A stretch of DNA of 64,000 nt. Origin: Schmidtea polychroa (taxonomy: Eukaryota). Below the pieces are notes generated by a model, which saw only the letters and a list, made by a program, of their open reading frames with translations, was not told the DNA's origin and searched no databases. The stretch spans positions 10,542,001 through 10,606,000 of the forward strand of contig CM097885.1 in NCBI GenBank assembly GCA_044892525.1, in the 5' to 3' direction. Positions 57,651 through 64,000 of the stretch are shown here, piece after piece (position 1 is the first letter of the stretch; the number at the start of each line of letters is the position of its first letter). The translations under genes and the position numbers were made by a program.

Positions 57651-59164
57651 AATATTTAATGTATACTACTACCAAGAAAACATCATTTTCTACTTTTTTA
57701 TTATTTGTTTTAATATTGTTTTTGATTGTTCTAATTTCCATTATGAAGGTCAACTATTCTGAAATTCTTCAAATAGTAACAACAACAGAAGTCAAGTTGG
57801 GAAGAAGGCATTATGTGGCTTCCGGAGAGATGGAGAAAGGTAATAGAACAGAATGGATCATATATTATTCAATAAATTTTTATGAAATACAAATTATTGT
57901 TTATTTTTTTCTTAATATGAAAACGAAAGAAACTTATGGGACAACCTAATACAACTCAACTTTCACCAGCAACTTCAAATTAATCGTGATTAAAAAAATT
58001 CAGTGACAATTTGTTTACTAAAACATATCTTAACTTTTATTTAAACACCAGCTCAAAACCAATGATAAAAAAGAGGAAAGTTTGAGATAGAGAATTTGAA
58101 AATGAAAATTACTTGTTTACGTCAAATAATAGTTGACTCACATAATGTATTATTTGCAATGAAAAACTTTTTAATGTGAAAATGCATTTTAATAAAATGC
58201 ACAGTAAATTTGCCACAAAAATATTCAAAGCAAATAGAGGTATATACCATGGTGTTTTCATGGGGCTCTTTAAATTTTTAAACTGGATCAAAATTTAATA
58301 TTTGGCTCTTTGCAATGAAAAGATTCCCAATTTATGACATAAATCATTTACAATATGCTACTACCAAGAAAGTATGAGTTTTGAATATATAAAAATCAAT
58401 AAATTATTTTAAAGATAATAAATTTTAATTTTATTATAAAATGAAATGGGATCTAGCTGCATTTAAAATAGGTTTATATTTCTTAATTTAAGATATTGAA
58501 AGAAATATGAGCAAAAATAAATTTCAAATTTCAAAATTACTGAAATATTCAAATATTAATGAAAAAAAAAACATGTAAAAAATAAAAGCTGATTGATTAT
58601 ATATCTATTATTATTATTGAAACTTTTGACGCTAGTAATACAAAAATAGCAACCAATGAAATTGTAGTATTGCGTGTCTAAAACAATAAAGATTCAAAAT
58701 TCCAAAATTCCAAAAACCAAAGTTTGAGAAAGCAAAGTTTACATATTGTATAAGAATCAAAACATTTGTTTAAATTAGTAATAATTTTATTTACCAAAAC
58801 AGATTTAGTTCCAAAAAAATCAAAATAATTTTAATGAACCATTCAGTAGTATTCCATTTTTAAATAATTCATTAAATTTGACAGATATTTCAAAGACCAC
58901 TAATTTATATAGATATTTATGCTATATTATATGTGTATTTTGCGTCACGCAAACAAATATATTCAAAATTTATATTATTTTCCTCTGATTTATGGTAAAG
59001 ATTGTTATGAGATGAAATATTTTTGTAATAGTTTTGTCTAAAATGCCTGAATGGCCCAGCATTCTACTAACAAAAACCACCTTCTAATACTCGGCTTTAT
59101 GTTTCCATGAAACTTTGTTTAAAAATAAATTTTTTTTATTATATTATCATTATTATTATTATTG

Positions 59165-59330
59165 TATTATCATTGTTATAAGATAAGCCTTTTGCTACAA
59201 AGTATGTACAAATGAAAAAAGATTCGATCATTAGATAAACCTTTTCGAGTTTATAACGATTATTTAATAATCGAAAGTTTTTTTCATTTAATGCATATTT
59301 TGCTGAAAATGGCTTATCTTATCGATTGTT
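59165..59330. mobile_element. Diverged fold-back copy next to (ATT)n
   Basis: ATAAGATAAGCCTTTTGCT...AATGAAAAAA is inverted as TTTTTTCATT...TGGCTTATCTTAT. Stem GATTAT-TTA-ATAATC-GAAA at 59258-59276. Confidence 0.7.
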
Positions 59331-59340
59331 ATTATTGTTA

Positions 59341-59435
<95 letters not shown>

Positions 59436-59653
59436 AAGATTTTACTCATAGCTTAATGAAAGTGTAGATAAATTAGAATTAATTATAGATGTCCGCTTTT
59501 TTAGAAATGATAATATTGTTTTACTTTCACGCAATGATACAATGATAAAAGAGAAAATGGTACAGAAATTGCGGTCTGGGAACATTTTATAAAACTAGTT
59601 TTTTTATTATACTCAAATAATCTCTGATAGTTATGAGATAAACCAGAGAAATT

Positions 59654-60126
59654 TTACAAATTATTCGAGTCAGTTCTATAATTCGGAGTCGACCAGTTAA
59701 CCGGTTTACGAAACGGAGAACGATTTTGAAATTTTGAGCATTCGCCTTTTTCTTTTTTTTGTTTAAATCTATTAAGTCGCCGTTTCCACGTAAAATTCCA
59801 TATTAAAATGATGCTTCTGGGAGATTTGATGAGAAGTTCCGCACGACTTTGATAATGGTAAGTCGTTGATTTGATAATGAATAAATATGTTTGTCCCAGT
59901 TGCAGCTGGACGCAGTTACATTTCAGGTCCCTTAATTTCAACCATAACGGATTTGTGGGCCTGTTATTTTGTCTGAATTTGATTGTTGGACGCATTAGAG
60001 GCTGGCTAAATATCCCAGGATATAAATCTTTGATTGAACTTTTGCTATGCCAGATATTATCAACTGTAACATCAAAACGAATAAAATCCCCAATAATTTC
60101 TTGAGATTGTAAAGTTGCAGAGAATA
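59654..60126 (-). CDS. netrin: Netrin terminal exon (NTR/C345C domain)
   Basis: Acceptor ATTTTAG, phase 1. GDFIRFDVTV...LWLKLRDLKCNCVQLQLGQTYL...ILIWNFTWKRRLNRFKQKKEKGEC matches the netrin C-terminal pattern (LW...CKC...W..TW.RRL.KF....KG.C). Confidence 0.93.
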
Positions 60127-60156
60127 CTAAAATATATTTAATAATAATAATAATAA

Positions 60157-60545
<389 letters not shown>

Positions 60546-61600
60546 TTATTATCTGTTTTTATTTTTGTTTATTTTTGTTTGTCATATTTTTGTTTTCATT
60601 TTATTTTCATTTCTTTTCAAACTATCAATCAATATTAAATAAAAATCTGGCACTCCTTTTTTCGAACACTTGAAAAGTTAGAATGTCAAAAAGTCTTGTT
60701 AGAAATAGAACAAAATATTGATCGCAATTGTCTAAAAAGATTAATTAATTAATTTAATGTAATTAATTAATTCAATATGAAAAATAATTCAATTATTTGG
60801 AAATGAAATGTAAGCATTATATGAATTATAATTTGGCCTATATTCATAGTTGTTTGAGTTATGAAATTGTTAAAAAATAAAATTTACTTAAATATTATCT
60901 TTTTATACACATCTACATATGCACTTAGTTCTGTTTTCAAACATTAGATAAGTTCCGAAAGAATTCTTGTAAAAATATTCATGTAAAAACAAACAAAATT
61001 AACAATTCTGTAATTGCAAAAGCAACAAGAGAGATGTTAATTAAAAAAACTTCTTAGAACTTAGATAATCGTGTAAAATCAAAATTATTTTTTTTAATTT
61101 ATGCTTTTTCAAAATCCTACAAAAACAGACCTGGATGTATATATTTTATGCAGATATCTTTAATATTCATTTTTGGATAACATTTTTACACTTCTTATAA
61201 CTAAAAAATTCACAGAGTTGACAGCTTAATGAAATAAAATATAAAATATTAAATTTATGTTGCATTGCTTTGCCTTCCCCTTTCAGGCTTAATCATATAA
61301 CCAAATCTAATCGATATATTAAAACTTAAATCTTTTATTGTTTCTCTTTCAATAGTGTGACCTTGACATTTAATAGTGTTTTAATTTAATAAATTCAACT
61401 CTAAGCAATTTGTTTTAATTTATATCTTAAACTTTCCAGTCTTGTTGATGATTTGTCTTAGAAAATTTACCTAAGAAATTTTAACCTTGATCTTCAGATA
61501 TTTTCTTTTTTTTGCTGGCCCTATATATATTTAATTAATTAATTTAATTATCAACCATTTGAAAGAAAGTTTTCTTTTTCCTTAATGAATTTAAATTTAC

Positions 61601-61669
61601 CTGCGTCTTTGCGACAGAATTTTCGGAATCTGATCCGAGTTCTTCTAGAATTGCACGCTTTGCATTTAT
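61601..61669 (-). CDS. netrin: Netrin internal exon (start of the NTR domain)
   Basis: CAG|...|GTAAAT; 69 nt, phase 1-1; KCKACNSRRTRIRFRKFCRKDA (compare netrin KKYCKKDYA). Confidence 0.92.
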
Positions 61670-61787
61670 CTGAAGGAAGAATAAAATCTTAATTAATTTA
61701 ATCTTTTTTTTGATAAATAATAATTATCCGACAGAAAACGATTCACTTAAAATAGCTGGAAGTTCCAACAAAAATGAAACATCTTAC

Positions 61788-61811
61788 TTTCAGCTGACTC
61801 CATTTGAATAT
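61788..61811 (-). CDS. netrin: Netrin 24-nt microexon (linker NIQMESAE)
   Basis: TTTTTTTCAG|ATATTCAAATGGAGTCAGCTGAAA|GTAAGA; phase 1-1 and frame-preserving. Confidence 0.72.
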
Positions 61812-63446
61812 CTGAAAAAAAAACCTGTATAAATATCACACTAAAAATAAACATTAATTAATTAATTTGTTTTTAATCAGATTCTAAATCACTAAATCAT
61901 CGGTTTAATTTCATAAAGCCTGTAGAAATATTATAATTAATTGTGTAAATAATAATTTTGCCTTGTAATGAGTGTTTTAATCAATCTACTTATTATGATT
62001 TCTCATATCTTTTGTAGATATTTGTATAATATTGTTTCTCTTTCATTAGTGTGACCTTGACATTTAATAGTGTTTTAATTTAATAAATTCATGTTATTTT
62101 TATTGTTAATAATTTGGTCTAAAAATAGTAAACTATTATTTGACATGTAATTAAATTTTAATTAAATTTGATATTATATATTTAATAATAAATGAAAATA
62201 TAATCATAAAGGAAATAAAACTTTGTTAAAATTAATGGAAAATAATTTTTAAGTAATTTTCAAGTAGGCCGTAAAAATACAAAAAAATTGAATTTTTCTA
62301 TAGAAATTTGTTATAATCATGTATACAAAAAACAAACAAACAAAAAAAATTAATTATTAAATTTTCGTATATATTTTTATTGGACCCAAAAATTTTTTTA
62401 TCAATTATAAAATGCTTTTCCTTACAAATAATTTTGGGAAATCTTTTTCTAATTGAAGTAATTTTCTTCTTGTTTTGTGACTTCGATCTATCCTTTTTAT
62501 CAAGTTTTGAATATTTATAAACTATATCTCAATTATAAATTACATTTTTCGATGCTTTTTTCATATATTTCCTATAATTTCCTGCAATTAATCATCATTT
62601 TTCAAATTTCTAAAATCGTTTACAGTTGGAAATTTTTAATAAATTATAATTTACATTACTCTCTTGCTTTTCTCTTTTAGTCATGGAAAGTTTGAATGTG
62701 ATGAAATGCTAGAAAAACCCTCAAATTTCATAATTTTATAATTAAAAATTTCTCCAATATAGATTACTGCCAATAATTTTTGTTTGTCTGTGTGTATTTT
62801 ATATTATAGGATTGTTATGTGTGTGTGTGTGTTTGTATTTTATTTTTTTCACCAAACCTATTTTTCTTCCTTTTCTACACCAAAGTGCATAAATTAAGAT
62901 ATAGTCTATGACATAATTAAATTATATATAGAAAGAATAAACACCCTTACTTAAAACAAGGACAACTATTAATGGCATTGTCATAAACTACGAGACTTTA
63001 TTATAGAAAGAATTGATATTGATTTTTATAGGAGATGTAAAGTATGAAAGGCTTAGAGTTCCCGATGTGGAGTTTGTTTCCATATATGAATGCGAATTAT
63101 TTTGTAATGGGTTTACAATAGTTTGATCTCTTTTTCGTAGGTAAATTGAAATGTAGTTTTATATAATTTGTTAAAATATATTGTAAAACAGACGTACAGT
63201 TTAAAAGATTTGATATAACAGTCGAAATATGAAATATTTAAAATCTATAATAATGTAAAATTTTTTTTATTTATTTTATTGTGTAATAATTTGCAATATT
63301 TTTTATAGAAAGTAGAACTGTGATAAAATCGAAAAATTATTAAAAATGGCTTCTTTGTCTTTAATTATGAAATATTTATGAGTTTAAAAATTTTTAATTT
63401 TAAAATGGAAGTTCCATTTGTCCTTAAAATTTTTGTAATTTCTTAC

Positions 63447-63602
63447 TTTTTATGCATGGTGTTTCGGTTGAGTTAGTCTGTCTAAATCCTGATGCGCATC
63501 TATTGCACATTTCTCCAGTTACACCACTTTTACATAGGCATTGCCCTGTTCTTTTATCGCATCTATCCGGAAATTTAGCTCCAATAATATGACAAGTACA
63601 CT
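63447..63602 (-). CDS. netrin: Netrin exon encoding laminin-EGF repeat 3
   Basis: TAG|...|GTAAG; CTCHIIGAKFPDRCDKRTGQCLCKSGVTGEMCNRCASGFRQTNSTETPCIK matches netrin LE3 (CDCHPVGA...TGQC.CK.GVTG..CNRCA.GYQQ.....PCIK). Confidence 0.95.
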
Positions 63603-64000
63603 CTATAATAATAATATAAACACTAATAAATTAATATAAAGATATATAATATGTTTTTGATAATTTTATGGAAGGGCCTTCAACATATGTATAATTAAAA
63701 GCATTACTAATAAATAATAATAATAAACGATCCAGACATTCAAACCTTAATCCAGTAAACATATAGTTAATCATACTTAATAAGAAGTTACATAATATAA
63801 TACAATATCACGGCAATCAAATATCTCATTGCAATTACATCACAATAGTAATATCTATGAAAATTATTGATTTATAAAACATGCTTTAACAACAATGTAA
63901 AAGAAACAAATAGACACAAATAATTTTATATATAAAAAGTAAATAATTAAAGTTAAATTAGAATAAATATTAAATCAAAATAATTTTTAATTTCTAATTG

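Overview
Very AT-rich eukaryotic (metazoan) genomic DNA with GT-AG introns and many (AAT)n and (TA)n microsatellites. A planarian flatworm source is plausible, but that is inference only. Two host genes are partly present: the large terminal exon of a DEG/ENaC channel (+, 43200-44393) and the last four exons of a netrin gene (-, 63602-59654, including a 24-nt microexon). The rest is mostly transposon debris: a probable Polinton right end, several hAT elements, Tc1/mariner, piggyBac and MULE-like MITEs, a solo LTR, and several Penelope-like (RT/GIY-YIG) copies, one carrying a minimal hammerhead ribozyme. There are also decayed fragments of housekeeping genes (pyruvate kinase, a TPR protein joined to eEF1A, proteasome alpha-4). 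The most striking observation is a dispersed family of fold-back (palindromic) inserts inside (AAT)n arrays. The two intact copies have a one-sided tail of about 34 nt and carry a minimal hammerhead-like motif with a compensatory U3-A8 core (UUGACAA...GAAA), suggesting a microsatellite-targeting, ribozyme-bearing Penelope-type retroelement. All calls were made by eye; no database searches were run.
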